DNA of 63,758 nucleotides from Chiloscyllium plagiosum (GCF_004010195.1 NC_057718.1:78916676-78980433); one strand, 5' to 3'; shown: positions 47,568-62,629, counted from the first letter of the stretch. The notes: a model not told the origin generated them from the letters alone. Translations and numbers: made by a program.

Positions 47568-48336
47568 CAGAGGAACCTCAATTATCCGAACAAGATGGGC
47601 GAGAATTGATTATTCGGTTAATCGATTCAATGCCTTTCCTCTGGGGCTCGGGACTTTTCTATTAAGTCTGTTCACCATTCAGTAGATAAGGCAGCACCAC
47701 AGCACGTGCGAGGCTCTATCCCTAAAACCCCATCCAACACAGCCCCCTGCCTGCCTCTCAACACCGCCCCCAAAGCCCCATCCAATACTGTCCTCCGCCC
47801 GCCCCAATACCTCCCACTCCTGCCTGCCCTCAGCACCTCCCTCCCCTTATTCCCCCAATACTGCCCCCGACAGCACACCGCCCACCCCCAAACCGGTCCA
47901 GCTCCGCCCCTGCCCGCCCCTCCCCCTCCGGGGCAGCCGGAGTGTGGGCACCAATAGTAAGACTGCTATCTTTCTGTGGTAAGTCTCCAAATAGCGTACG
48001 CACATCTTTTTAAACTGCAACGTTTTGGTAAGTTCCACCTCTGCCCTGTACGGGACAATGTTAGAGAGAATATCTGGGAAAGGGGGTTTAGGGTTCATCC
48101 CTCTGTAGAACTCCAAGAAAACTGTGGGGGGGGGGGAAGAGAAGAGAGAGTGCGGGAGGTCAGTCATTTGGAGACAGTGCCATCTATATCCAGGACTGTT
48201 CTTGGCAGTGATAGTTTTTAATCAATATAAACAAAAGATGCGATCAGGGTTGAAACAGCTCTTTCATGTAATGTTTCTATTGGTACCTTGGGATCTCCTT
48301 CGAATAATTGATATTCAGATAATTGAGATTCCCATG
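47568..48336. mobile_element. Non-autonomous Tc1/mariner-pogo (Tigger-like) element
   Basis: TA|cagaggaacctcaattatccgaa ... ttcagataattgagattcccatg|TA: imperfect 23-bp TIR with TA TSD; C-rich repetitive interior at 47720-47930. Confidence 0.75.
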
Positions 48337-48850
48337 TAATAGGAATGGTAAGGTGTGTTGCTGGACTCGTAGTTCAGAGACCTGAGTTTATGTCCCGCAA
48401 ACGTTCATTGATCTAAAGTAATCTAATCTAATCTAAAGTAATCTAAAGAAATTGTCACTTCAATAGCTTAGAGTTCAAGTTCAATTAAATTTCGAATTAG
48501 AAACCAACCACATTCGTAACTGAAATGACTTAAAAACTCATCTGGTTCACAAGTAACATTTAGGGAAGGAAACTGACTCTTGCCTTATCTGGTCCACTTG
48601 AGAGTTCAGATCCATACCAATGCTCTATTTTGCAGGTTTCATAATTGAATATGAATTTCACCAACTTCTGTGATGGTATTTGTCAGTGCATTAGCTCATA
48701 TCTCTGGTTTGCTAGTTCAGTGGTGTTATGGATACGTCACCATACCTCCCTAAGGAAAAAGGGAAATGCTACAGTCCCTCAGATGCAGGATGAATTGCCT
48801 CTCGAGCTTCAGCCCTTGTGTATGTAAGAACTTTTGACACCACCCCCCCC

Positions 48851-50985
48851 GAGGTAACAGTGGCTGAAGAACCTGAACTTGAGGGAATTTATATTTGCCA
48901 GGATTTGGTGTCGGAGAGACTGTTAGGTCTGAAGGTTGATAAGTCTCCGGGGCCTGATGGTCTACATCCCAGGGTATTGAAGGAGGTGGCTTGGGAAATC
49001 GTGGATGCGTTGGTGATTATTTTCCAGAGTTCGATAGATTCGGGGTCGGTTCCTGAGAATTGGAGGGTGGCTAATGTTATACCACTTTTTAAGAAAGGTG
49101 GGAGAGAGAAAGCAGGAAATTATAGACCAGTTAGTCTGACCTCAGTGGTGGGAAAGATGCTGGAGTCTATTATAAAGGATGAAATTACGGCACATCTGGA
49201 TAGTAGTAACAGGATAGGACAGAGTCAGCATGGATTTATGAAGGGGGAATCATGCTTGACTATTCTTCTTGAATTTTTTGAGGATGTAATTCTGAAGATG
49301 GACGAGGGAGATCCAGAAGATGTAGTGTACCTGGACTTTCGGAAAGCTTTTGATAAAGTCCCACATAGGAGGTTAGTGAGCAAAATTAGGGCGCATGGTA
49401 TTGGGGGCAAAGTACTAGATTGGATTGAAAATTGGTTGGCTGATAGGAAACAAAGGGTAGTGATAAACGACTCCATTTCGGAATGGCATGCAGTGACCAG
49501 TGGGGTACCGTAGGGATCCGTGCTGGGACCGCAGCTTTTTACAATATATGTTAATGATATAGAAGATGGTATCAGCAATAACATTAGCAAATTTGCTGAT
49601 GATACAAAGCTGGGTGGCAGGGTGAAATGTGATGAGGACGTTAGGAGATTACAGGGTGACCTGGACAAGTCAGGTGAGTGGGCAGATGCATGGCAGATGC
49701 AGTTTAATGTGGATAAATGTATGGTTATCCACTTTGGTAGCAAGAACAGAAAGGCAGACTACTACCTCAATGGAATCAAGTTATGTAAAGGGGCAGTACA
49801 GAGAGATCTAGGTGTTCTTGTACACCAGTCAATGTAGGCAAGCATGCAGGTACAGCAGGTAGTAAAGAAGGCTAATAGCATGCTGGCCTTCATAACAAGA
49901 GGAATTGAATATAGAANNNNNNNNNNNNNNNNNNNNNNNNNNNNNNNNNNNNNNNNNNNNNNNNNNNNNNNNNNNNNNNNNNNNNNNNNNNNNNNNNNNN
50001 NNNNNNNNNNNNNNNNNNNNNNNNNNNNNNNNNNNNNNNNNNNNNNNNNNNNNNNNNNNNNNNNNNNNNNNNNNNNNNNNNNNNNNNNNNNNNNNNNNNN
50101 NNNNNNNNNNNNNNNNNNNNNNNNNNNNNNNNNNNNNNNNNNNNNNNNNNNNNNNNNNNNNNNNNNNNNNNNNNNNNNNNNNNNNNNNNNNNNNNNNNNN
50201 NNNNNNNNNNNNNNNNNNNNNNNNNNNNNNNNNNNNNNNNNNNNNNNNNNNNNNNNNNNNNNNNNNNNNNNNNNNNNNNNNNNNNNNNNNNNNNNNNNNN
50301 NNNNNNNNNNNNNNNNNNNNNNNNNNNNNNNNNNNNNNNNNNNNNNNNNNNNNNNNNNNNNNNNNNNNNNNNNNNNNNNNNNNNNNNNNNNNNNNNNNNN
50401 NNNNNNNNNNNNNNNNNNNNNNNNNNNNNNNNNNNNNNNNNNNNNNNNNNNNNNNNNNNNNNNNNNNNNNNNNNNNNNNNNNNNNNNNNNNNNNNNNNNN
50501 NNNNNNNNNNNNNNNNNNNNNNNNNNNNNNNNNNNNNNNNNNNNNNNNNNNNNNNNNNNNNNNNNNNNNNNNNNNNNNNNNNNNNNNNNNNNNNNNNNNN
50601 NNNNNNNNNNNNNNNNNNNNNNNNNNNNNNNNNNNNNNNNNNNNNNNNNNNNNNNNNNNNNNNNNNNNNNNNNNNNNNNNNNNNNNAACCAGAGGACAAA
50701 GCTTAAAAATACGGGGTAGGCCATTTAGGACAGAGATGAGGAGAAACTTCTTCACCCAGAGAGTGGTGGGTGTGTGGAATGCTCTGCCCCAGAGGGCAGT
50801 GGAGGCCCAGTCTCTGGATTCATTTAAGAAAGAGTTGGATAGAACTCTCAAAGATGGTGGAATCAAGGGTTATGGAGATAAGGCAGGAAGAGGATGCTGA
50901 TTAGGAATGATCAGCCATGATCATATTGAATGGCGGTGCAGGCTCGAAGGGCAGAATGGCCTACCCCTGCACCTATTGTCTATTG
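48851..50985 (+). mobile_element. Relatively young CR1 LINE (RT domain to 3' UTR) spanning a gap
   Basis: Long frame with KSPGPDGLHPRVLKE, YRPVSLTS, DFRKAFDKV, GVP*GSVLGP, KFADDTK; two visible in-frame stops; ctattgt tail. Confidence 0.95.
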
Positions 50986-52124
50986 AGTCTGGATGAGGAT
51001 GTGAACTTAGGATGGGGTTTGTGCATTGAAATAGATTTTTCATACATTTTAGTTAAAGTTGGACCTCAGTAATGGGGTTTTATTGTTGTACTTCATTACT
51101 CATTCACTAAAAGTATTATATTGAAATGTATCCAAAGTCAGTTTCGATATTTACAATAAAGTGAAATTGAAAGCCCAAGCTTGTCTGAGCATCACCCAAT
51201 TTGGTTAATAAAGTTTGAGAAAGGTTATAATTGCATTAGAATATTCAGAGAAAGTTCAGATTTCTGGAAAAAAAAAGTCAATCTTTAAGGAAAGATTGAG
51301 CAGCTTGCTTATTAAAATTTAGAAAAATGAGAAATTATCTAATTGAAAAGAGGATTTTGAGGGGACTTGGAAGGGTGGATGCTGTAAGGATGTTCAGCTT
51401 GTAGGTGAAATTGGAACAAGGGAAAATATTTTAAAAACTGTGTCTCTCCCATTTAAGATTAAGATGGAGTTTTTTTTTGATGATCTGTGAATTGTTTCTC
51501 TTCCCTTCACCCACCCACCCGACAAAAGGAGGCTTAGTTATTGAATATGTTGAAAGCCGAATTAAATTTTGTTATTCGAGGGTTATGGAATGCAGAGAGG
51601 AGAATGGAGTTGAGGCCATGACAGAGCAGAACTCGGGTTGAAATAAGAGTAACTGACCTTGACCCCCACCCAACTGCAACATTGACATCCTAGTGGTTAA
51701 CATTGACCGGAAATATATCGACTGGATCAGCCAAATAAATATTGTAGCTACAAGAATTTGCTAGATGCTAGGGGTTCTGCAGCAAGGAACTCACCTCACT
51801 CCCTAGTGCCTGTCTACCATGTTCAAGGCACAAGTCAGGAGTGTGATGGATTACTGTCTATGCCTGGAACTCCAACAAGACTTGAAGCTCAACACTATCC
51901 AAGACAAAGCTCATTTAATTGGCATCTGTGCAACATTTTGAACTTTTATTCCCTCTATTAAAAGTGTGCGTTAAGTGTGTACCATTTTACAAATGCAATA
52001 CAATTTGCCAAGATTCTTTAACAACATCTTCCAAACTTGCGTTCTCCACCACCCGGAAGATCAAGGCCAGCTGGAATATGAGGATACTACCCACTTCAAT
52101 GTTGTTTTCAAATATCACATTCTT

Positions 52125-52563
52125 CTTATGACACTGGGTAAACCCCTCTGCTAATTTAAACTAGCTGCAAAGAGAAAGTTCAGCTCACGCCATAATTTGT
52201 TAAAATTCAAGAGGCAAAGAACCATCACAGAGGTCACTATTTAAAGTAAATATTAACAGCTTTATTCTTTAAGTCCAACAGGGAATATTAAAGCTAACAA
52301 TTATATTTAACTCCTTTCTCTTAAACCTATCCTTTACCCCTCACTCTAGAATACTCGTCCAACAAAAAAATCCTGATTTTAAAGATTTACAAAAAAAAAT
52401 CACTTTTCAAAAACCAGTCAGCTTTGTCGATTTTCCTCTGTAGATTTTCTCTAGGTCAGTTTCGATGTTCGGCGCGCACACGTCTTGTACACAGGTACCC
52501 TTCAGAGAGCTCTTCAACTAGTAGTCTATTTGTGGATGTCCTTGGCAGTTCTTCGAACTGTTC
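52125..52563 (-). mobile_element. Partial LTR related to 30061-31018
   Basis: ttatgacactgggtaaacccctctgctaatttaaa matches the reverse complement of that LTR's 3' end. Confidence 0.55.
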
Positions 52564-52564
52564 A

Positions 52565-55410
52565 AAATGAGGAAAGAAGCGAGTCAAACACTCTGGGCAG
52601 GCAGGAACAAAGCAGAGAACAAGGTAGCACTGATAAATTTAACTGCATTTATTTCAATGTAAGAGGCCTCGCAGGGAAGGCAGATTAACTCAGAGTGTGG
52701 TTAGGAACATGGGACTGGGATATCATAGCAATTACAGAAATGTGGCTCAGGGATAGATTGGACTGGCAGCCTAATGTTCCAGATAACACATACAATAGGA
52801 AGGATAGAAAGGCAAGAGAGGAAGTGGCATGGCGTTTTTGGTAAGTGATAGCATAATGGCTGTACGGGAGGATATTCCCGGAAATACATCCAGGGAAGCT
52901 AAGTGGGTGAAACTGAGAAATAAGAAAGGGATGATCACCTTATTGGGATAGTATTAATGCCCCCAATAGCAGGAAGTTGAGAAACAAATTTGTAAGGAGA
53001 TTCCAATTATCTGCAAGAATAATATGGTGGTTATGTAAGGGGATTTTTAACTTTCCAAACTTGGACTGGGACTGCCACAGCGTTAAGAGCTTAGATGGAG
53101 AGGAACTTGTCAAGAGTGTACAAGACAATTTTGAGTCAGTATGTGTCAATACCTACTGGAGAAGGTGCAAAACTTGACCTACTCTTGGGAATCAGGCAGG
53201 GCAGGTGACTGAGTTGTCAGTGGGGGAGCACTTTGGGGCCAGCAACCATAATTCTATTAGTTTTAAAATAGCGATGATAAAGGATAGACCAGATTTAAAA
53301 GTTGAAGTTTTAAATTGGAGGAAGGCTAATTTTGACAGTATTAAGCAAGAACTTTCAAAAGCTGATTTGCGGCAGATGTTTGCAGGTAAAAGGATGGCTG
53401 GAAATGGGAAGTCTTCAGAAATGAGATAACAGGAGTTCAGAGACAGTATATTCCTGTTAGGGTGAAAAGAAGGGCTGGTATGTGTAGGGAATGCTGGATG
53501 ACTAGAGAAATTGAGGGTTTGGTTAAGAAAAAGAAGGAAAAATATGTCAGGTATAGACAAGATAGATCAAATGAGTACTTAGAGTATAAAAGCAGTACGA
53601 GTATACTTAAGAGGGAAATCAGGAGGGTAAAAAGTGGACATGAGATAGCTTTGGCAAATAGGGTTAAGGAGAATCCAAAGGGTTTTTACGAATACATTAA
53701 GGACAAAAGGTTAACTGGGGAGCAAATTGGACCCCTCAAATATCAGCAAGGCAGTCTTTGTGTAGAGCCGCAGGAGATGGGGGAGATACTAAATGAGTAT
53801 TTTGCATCAGTGTTTATAGTGGAGAACGACATAGAAGATATAGAATGTAGGGAAATAGATGGTGACATCTTGAAAAAGATCCATATTACAGAGGAGGAAG
53901 TGCTGGATGTCTTGAAACAAAAAAGTGGATAAATTTCTTGGACCTGATCAGATGTACCTTGGAACTCTGCGAGCTAAGGAAATGATTGTTGGGCCCCTTG
54001 CTGAGGTATCTATATCATTGATAGTCACAGGTGAGATGACAGAAAACTAGAGGTTGGCTAACGTGGTGCCACTGTTTAAGAAGTGATGGTAAGGACAAAC
54101 CAGGGAAGTATAGACCAGTGAGTCTGAAGTCAGTGGTGGGCAAGTTTTTGGAGGGAATCCTGAGGGATAGGATTTACACATATTTGGAAAGGCAGGGACT
54201 GATTAGGGATAGTCAACATGGCTTTGTGCGTGGGAAATCATGTCTCACAAACTTGAGTTTTTTGAAAAATTAATTAAGTGGATTGATGAGGGCAGAGCAT
54301 TGGATGCCTAAGTAAGGCATTCGACAAGGTTCCTGTGAGAGACTGGTTAGCAAGGTTAGATCTTGTGGAATACAGGGAGAACTAGCCATTTGGATACAGA
54401 ACAAGCATGAAGGTAGAAGGCAGATGGAGGGTTGTTTTTCAGACTGGAGGCCTGTGACCAGTGGAGTTGCCACTGATTTGGATGTGAACGTAATAGGTGT
54501 AGTTAGTAAGTTTGCCGATGACACCAAAATTGGAGTTGTAGTGGACAGCGAAGAAGGTTGCCTCAGATTACAATGGCATCTTGATCAAATTGGTCATGTG
54601 CTGAGAAGTGGCAGATGGAGTTAAGATAAATGCGAGGTGCTGCATTTTGGGAAAGCACATCTTAGCAGGACTTGTACACTTAATAGTCGGGTGCTAGGGA
54701 GTTGCTGAACAAAGAGACCTTGGAGTGCAGGTTCATAGCTCCTTGAAAGTGAAGTCGCAGGTAAAGATGATGTTTGGTATGCTTTTCTTTATTGGTCAGA
54801 GCATTGAGTATAGTAGTTGGGAGGTCATGTTGTGGCTATACAGGACATTGGTTAGGCCATGTTTGGAATATTGCATGCAATTCTGGTCGTCTTCCTATTG
54901 GAAAGATGTTGTGAAACTTGAAAGGGTTCAGAAAAGATTTACAAGGATGTTACCAGGGTTGGAGGTTTTGAGCTATAGGGAGAGGCTGAATAGGCTAGGG
55001 CTGTTTTCCCTGGAGCGTCGAAGTCTGAGGGGTGATCTCATAGAGGTTTCCAAAATCGTGAGGGTCATGGATAAGATAAATAGGCAAAGTCTTTTCCCTG
55101 GGGTCGGGGAGTCCAGAACTAGAGGACATAGATTTAGGGTAAGAGAGGAACGACATAAAAGAGACCCAAGGGGCAACTTTTTCACACAGAGGGTGGTGCA
55201 TGTATGGAATGAGCTGCCAGAGGAAGTGGTGTAAGCTGGTAGAATTGCAATATTTAAAAGGCATCTGGTTGGGTTTATGAATAGGAAGGATTTAGAGGGA
55301 TATTGACGAAGTGCTGGCAAATGGAACTAGGTTAGGTTGAGATATCTGTTCGGCATGGAGTAGTTAGACCGAAGGGTCTGTTTCCGTGCTGTACCTTTTT
55401 ATGACTCTAT
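52565..55410 (+). mobile_element. Near-complete degraded CR1/HER1 ORF2 (APE endonuclease and RT) and 3' UTR
   Basis: Reads CIYFNVRGL, DIIAITEMW, FNFPNLDW, GASNHNSI, KFADDTK, LERVQKRFTRM; many frameshifts. Confidence 0.95.
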
Positions 55411-58400
55411 GTCTGGTTTTATTCCCCAAAACATTGGATTGTTTAATTAGTTTTAATATTGTCAAAATAGTAATTTCAGATTTGATTGGATTTTGGTATC
55501 TTGGGCCATAATTTAATCTAGCCGAATTTGAATTTGTTTTTGTTTCATGGAACTCACCTGCTATTTGTTTCAACCAAGTATTACATTCTTTCTTTGTTCA
55601 GGGCACTCTATGCTTTCAGTCCTTGCTAGCTTTTCAACTCTCTTAAAGGTACAGTGCACCTGTACACCTTCATAACTCTCTGAAAATATATTGCTCTTTG
55701 TTTCTTGTTATCAGGAAAAGATCCTGGAACTGCCTCCCTGACTACGCTGTGGTTGTATCGACACCATGACTGCAGTGGTTCAAAAGGTGGCTTGCCAATA
55801 TCTTAAGGATAATTAGGCGTGGATAATAAAAGCAGACCTTGTTAGGTTTGTTCACATCCCATGAACAAAGTTAAAATATGATGGACTACTGTACAGCTAT
55901 TCAGTCTGAAGGCAGGATATCTTCATGGGACATTCTTCACAAAGAGATCCAATCTTCCATGTTAGAGAAGCCTTTTCTCAATGTGGTATATGTCACAGCT
56001 GCACAAGCAGCTCTCGTGATACTAGCATATAATTAAACTAATTCCAAAATCCATTTCCCTTACGTCACTTCTACTTTATACACACCTGTCGAAGTACAAG
56101 TCAAAGATCTTGATGAGAAATGGACATCACAGCAGGAACAGTGGCACATTTGCATCATACCCTGAGAAGAGATGCAGGGACTCTACTGTGCAAGTAATAA
56201 TTATGTACTCTATGTATTTAATCAAAATGTGATCCAATAGGCATATTATCCATTTTGAGCCATAGCATCCACCTCTTATGAGCAAATCTTTCCTGGTGTT
56301 GCTCAGGTGAGTGTTCTAAGGATCATTACAATCTTTCGGTTGTAAGTTAAAAATGTTCAGTTTAAAAACAACATGCTGGAGAAACGCAGGACTGGCAGCA
56401 TCTGTAGACAGAGGGAGACTGTGTTAATGTTTTGAGAAAGTAATGACTTCGGAACAGAAGGGCTGAAAATGATGGATTTTATGCTGTTAACTTGGGAAGG
56501 AAGAATAAGGGGGACAGATGATGAGGGTGCCCAGAGCAAGAGGCAAAGAGTTTTAATGATAGTAGAGTTGATGTAAATAGAGAATAGAAGTTAACTATCG
56601 GTGCTAACAACAAAAAAGTATGTCACCTCTGCTGAGAGTAAGTACATGCAGGCAAGACACTTAGGTGGGGAGAGAATCAAAGGGATGAAAGTGCTCATGT
56701 TCTGAATATGTGGGAATCAACATTGAGTTCAGAAGGATATAAAAGGCCTAAACACAGAATGAAGTGCTGTTTTTCCAGCTTGCATTTGGCTTCCTCAGAT
56801 TACTGCAACATGCTGAGGACAAAAATGTTGGCATCAGAGCAAGCTGCTATATTGAAATGAAAGACGAAGATCATTGTTATAGATACAATTTCGAAGAGGA
56901 GTCGTATTGAACTCCACCTTAACTCTGTACCTCTTGCCTCATGTGATGCCAGGCCTGCTGAGTTTTCCGGCACTTTGTTTTTATTTCAGATCTCCTGTCT
57001 TCACAGTATTTGGCTTCTATTTATGGTTTTGGTGCTTTTTACAAAGGGGCAAACATTCTTTGCACAAGCCTTTGATTAATTTGAGTATTCCTTAAAAATT
57101 TTTTCTTTGGGATATCAAAAAACATTCAATACGCATACTCTTTTTATATGTAAAAATAGTGATGCAATCATGCTAAATTACACCCTACTATTAATGATCT
57201 AGTTTAAGATTCTGCTGAAAAGAGCTAATTGGAAGACTCACCGAACCCTTAAAATAATATCTATCCACTTTATTAGTTGACTAATAAAGATTGTTGGAGG
57301 TCATGTGTATGGAAACAGTTGTGGTCTAGTTTTTAAGTGAATGGGTCCTTGATATGTGACATGAATCAGCCTTAGACCATAATTAACAAGGTAGTGTGTT
57401 AAATATCATTCCAACTGGAGAATGAAAGGCAGATTTTTGTTGCACTTTAAATAATGTAGTCTTCACAATGCCTGAAGAAGATCTAGATTTCTGCAAAAAA
57501 AAAAATGCACAGCCTACTTCTTTCTTAAAATTAGATCTGGAGCAGTACACTCATTGACTCAGATCCACCAGTAGTAGTCATGTACATTGTTGCAGTCTCA
57601 GACAGTTTCCGGGAGCCAGCTCGTGCTGCATTTACTAACCTGTGAATCACCAAAAATGTCTCTGGGCTCCTCTGATATGCCCGCTTGGCCTTGACAGCAT
57701 AAAAATTTGGATCTTTTACTTAATGAGTTTAGTTTAGAATCCGTTTTTAAATTTTTTTAATCAGCCCACTCAAGGAAGTTATTACATACCTATGTAGCAG
57801 GTGTATCTGAGCCTGGGTCACCAGGCTCTGAGGTAGGGACACTGCTATTATGCTGAAAACATCATGAAGAGGTTTATTTAGAGGTGCTCCTAGCAATTGC
57901 ATGTGCTGCTAATCCCACATCTTCCTTTCCCTTACATCTCACCTCCAAGCAACTTGATAATACATGTACAGTATTCGTAACAGCTGATTCATTGGTAGCT
58001 GGATAGGGAATTCCTGCTGAAACTGATGAGAGATGTAAGAAGCAATTTAAAATGCAGTCCACATGGTGCAAGTCCCAGGAGCATAATCAGACAAAATTTG
58101 ACCCCGAATCAAGTAATAACAGGTGACCAAAGTGCTGGTCATCGGTTTTCGGAAGATCCTTGAAGGAATGATCAGGTTTAAGTGTGTGGCAGAATTCTAC
58201 AGCTGAAAGCTTATACTCAGTTGGAGGGTGAAAGGGATGCAGAAGAGACCAGGGCTGAGGATCGCAGAAGTCTCAGAGCAATATTGCCGTGAAGGAAATC
58301 TCAGAAAATGGGGTCTGAGCGCAAAGATAAGAATTTAAAATTCTTGAGGCGATATTGAATTGAGAGTCAAGGTAAGTCAGCAAATGAAAGTGGTTGAATG

Positions 58401-61400
58401 CAATATGAGAATCAGGAAAAACCAGCTTTGACTAAGTTGAAAGTTGCGAAGCATGGAAGCTTGGAGGGCATTGCAATATTATACAGCTTTGCCTGAACAA
58501 TGCCATTAATATATATTTATGTCAGTTTAATGTATTACATTTTGATTATACTCATCAATTACCTAAGTTTTTTATGTCACTCCTTTTTAAAGATTATAAT
58601 TTCCAATGAACAGTGAAAGTTCAAGCAGTAGATGAGTAATTTATTTGCCTCAGAATTTAACATGTCCCCAAGAATTTTAATTTTATAATTATTTTAATAT
58701 TCTATAGTTAATTAAACTTGAGATTTTAGAGGAAGAATCACATAGATGCAGGGGACAGGTAAACTGTGTGTCCATGGCAAAAGCATGTATTGATTGTGTA
58801 TTTTACTTGGAACAATTTAACTAGCTGCAGTGCTGATCGTGTAATTATAGCATGACAAGTTTTATATACAGTTTCCTTTTATACCTGTGTACATTTATAT
58901 TTTTGTGTGCTTTTTCCCAATTATTCCCTGTACTCTATAACATTGTTTAAACTGAAGATTAGGTATTGATGTGACAAGTCTAATATGGCTCTTCAATCTC
59001 AGTCGTTACATTGAAATTTTAAAAATGATTCATGGTGTTCTAGAATAGTGAACAAATGATATTCAAATATTAGAGGTTCAAATTAATGGAATAAAGTTTA
59101 AATTGCAAAATGCTATCAAGAACTGGGTAATTGTAAGACGACAGCTCACCAAAAGAAATGCTAATACATGCAGTATCAGCAGCAGTAATGAAAGATTAAC
59201 GAATACCATTGCATTTCTATCATAACTTGAATTAATAGAGGAGCCAGGAGATGTAGAAATAGTTACTAAATATCAACACCAGTCATGAATGAATCAGTGA
59301 AGTGGCAGGTCTAGAAGTTAGAAGAAAAATAATTAACAAACAAATGGGTAGTGTATTTAACAAAACTGAACTGAAGTTGACTGCTATTTAGAACCACAAA
59401 TTCTTAGAGGGGAGAATGGATTTCTGCTCATTGCAACTGGAGCAACGCAAAAGAAAACAGACCATAAGGCATAGGAGTATAAGAACATTAGTCAGCCATT
59501 GAGTAAAAATGGTGTCAGTTACAAATTTCAGCAAGAAAGAATGTTTTAAAAGTTCGTAGGGCCAGGGCAACTGTGCTGGTAGGAAGGACAATTGTGCTTG
59601 ATACTTCTGTGTAGATCTGCGGAGGGAGAAAAGAAAATTGGTGGTGAGCAGGAAGCTGAATTGGCAGCAGTTGTTAACAGCTGGGAATTGAAACAGGCAG
59701 GAAAATGCTGAATTTAGTAAGGTTAGTAGGAGTGGCTAAGATGAATACGTTTGCAGAAGAAAGCACAGCCTCTGCTTCCATTAACACTTTAATTTTTTTT
59801 TCTACAAAACATGTGAAATACCAGCTTTTAACATGTTGTTATTTGTGAGGAGAGGAGGACGATCAGAAATTCAACTCTATTAAATAGGATGCAAAAAAGA
59901 CTGATTTAATGGGGCAGTGGTTGTAGAGGGAATTTGGTATTGAATGAAAGGGTTTTGAGTGAGTTGGGACTAATTGAGTACTTTAATAAACTGCTTGCAT
60001 CTGTTGCTGCTCATTGCAACTCGACCAGTACCACTGGCTGTGCCAAGTTCAATAACATGGGAGATAAAGGATATGAACATGGGACAATGACACTCAGCCA
60101 TTTGGGGAGTGATTGCAAGTAATATAAAGAATTAAATGTGCTTACAAAGCTCTGGGATTTACTTCTAGGTGTATTGAATTCAAAAATAGCAACTTGCTTA
60201 AAATTGTACAAGACCCTCCTGAGGTTCTAGCGCAGAAATTACATTGAAATACCTGAAGAAAGTGCAGGTAAGCAGACAGTGACAATAGTGTCAAAAAGGA
60301 GAGATTACATCTATTTGGAAAGGTTGAACAGGTTGGGGCTGCCTTATTTAGAAAAGAGAAGATTTTGAGAATGTCTGAATAAGGTTGGCTTAGACAGGTA
60401 GTTGTAGTGAGAATGTTTCCAATTGTGGGAGAACTTCAAAATTAGGCAACATTAATGCAAGATAGTTTCTGAAAAATGTAATGGGAGATGAGGCTCAGTA
60501 GGCTGATGGACCTGTTCCTGTGCCAGAACCTTTTGTATGGGTCTATGTTTCAATGGCCTTTTTAAAAATTTGGGCCACAGGAAATGGTTGAGATGAGCAG
60601 TTTAGATGCTTTCAAAAGGCAGTTCGACAGGTGTGTGAAAGAAAAATAAAGATTGATGCAAGGTTAAGATAAGGCATTTCAAATGTGAGGAGAGCTTGTG
60701 GATTTATAGACACCAGCATGGGTGAGTTTGTTTGATTGTCGTGTGACATGGGTAAACGGCACATTAGAGAGTAACAGCAAATGAACTGAATGTGAGTGAG
60801 TTGAGAAGATTGGAGGCATATGCTTTGAAAGTGATAAGTAACAGTGGATTAATAGGTGTTGCTCTTACAAACTAGATTTATGCAAAAGCGTTTTAAGTGA
60901 CCAGGTTTGAAATTCCCTTTAACTAAAGGGATTATTTCGGCTTGCTTCTTCGTGTGGTAAGTGTAGTAAATGATGTAGGTGAAGTACTAATTTTTGGAGA
61001 TGCAGAATATGATCAAGTGAAATCACAAAACTAGCCAACAACAGATGCATTACAAGTTCCTACAGGACTGTTACAAGTTTGATTACAACTTTGTTCTTGT
61101 GTATTCATTATTTTAAATGATATTATAAAACATGCAAGCTTACTTATAGTGGAGTTCTATTGCTAATTCAATTTAACATGTTAAGTGGTACCTATAATGT
61201 GCTTGGAGAAACAGAGCTTGTTTTCTGAGAGGTTTGAGCCTCTACAGAATAGAATTTAATTACTGCATTAAATTTGGAATAAGTTTAAAATGTTGTGTTG
61301 TTCAGCTACGGATTCTATAGCATAAATTGGTAGTAGTCACTCATCCAGAATCTACCAGGCAGGAGACAGTTAAAATTTGCATATATTCTAACGATTATAT

Positions 61401-62629
61401 AGTGGGAATTGTCATACTGGGAATATGAGCCTTGGAATAAGAAACGTAAATTGTTGAACACCTTGTGTTAATTATCAGTAGTACCTGGAGGTAGTGTTTT
61501 TCCTAAATGGTACAATTTCCCAAGGAGTCTAAATACTAGACAAATATGGAGCTCTAATGGCTACACAGAACAGTATACTCTACACATTAATATATGTCTA
61601 TTATAATAATAAGTTTCCAAATTGTCATGTCATATTGGTGTCAGAATTCAGGGTTTTGATTTTATTTGCACTTCTCATGCTACTCTTGATTTGTATGTTT
61701 AGATGCCATGTGCTGAGTTATTCAGATTTCATAGTGGGACAATCGCTAAGAAACACCAGTTAAAACTATGAGAGAGCAGAGCATGTATCTTTAATGTGTA
61801 TCCATTGAGTCACTCTGCCTATAGCTAAAACAAATGAAAATTATTTAATTGGAGCTCTCAAATTGCTGTTTTAAGTAAAAATTACCAAATTATGAAATTG
61901 TGGCTTACAAATTTCATAAATAAGACTGACTGGAGGAAGAAAAGGGGTGTCAAGGGGTTGTGCCAGATAGAAGAACTGTTGTCTACTGCTGTACAAGTTG
62001 AGTTGGTTGGAAGTGGTCACAGGTGGGTAGGGGAGAAATGCAATCTGGTAGTAAACAAGATCCAGTCTCGCTAGTTGCCTCAGCTAGTGCAGGGGCATTT
62101 GGAAATGCTGAAATTAGTTAACTGACTCATTGTTTAGATTGCAGTAGACAATTCCATTCCAGACCTCATTACACCCTTGAAGATGAGCAAAGCTGAATTG
62201 CAGAAATGAGGTAATGCTAATATTGTTTCAAGCCAGTCAGTAAGGCCGCATCTACATCACCTTCTTTTGTGGATAATGTTACAGCTAATTCTACCTCTTT
62301 AGTGTCACAGGTGCTCCCTGAATTTTTGTTAATCAACTTGCTTAGACATGCTATGACACGTTTCTGGATTGGGTGAGACTTCAACCTAAGCCTTCTGGCC
62401 CAGTGGTAGGGACACTGACACTGCACCACAAGAACCCTAAAATGTTTTAATTAACTTATTTGGAAATGCTAAGCACACCTCTGGGACAGGTGTGACTTGA
62501 ATCCTTGATGTCGTCTTTCCAACATTTCTTTCACACTAGTGAAATCAGTTCTCAATCTTGTGTCTCAAGCTCAATTATCGAATGAACATTATCCTAAAGA
62601 GAAATGTTTATCTATATTACCTATATGAT

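Noticed and set aside
58730..58765. 29-nt candidate plus-strand exon
   Set aside because: Poor pyrimidine tract, and it introduces a stop after either phase-2 donor of exon 1.
60200..60480. Donor CAG|GTAAGC at about 60267
   Set aside because: Lies within a decayed CR1 3' fragment.
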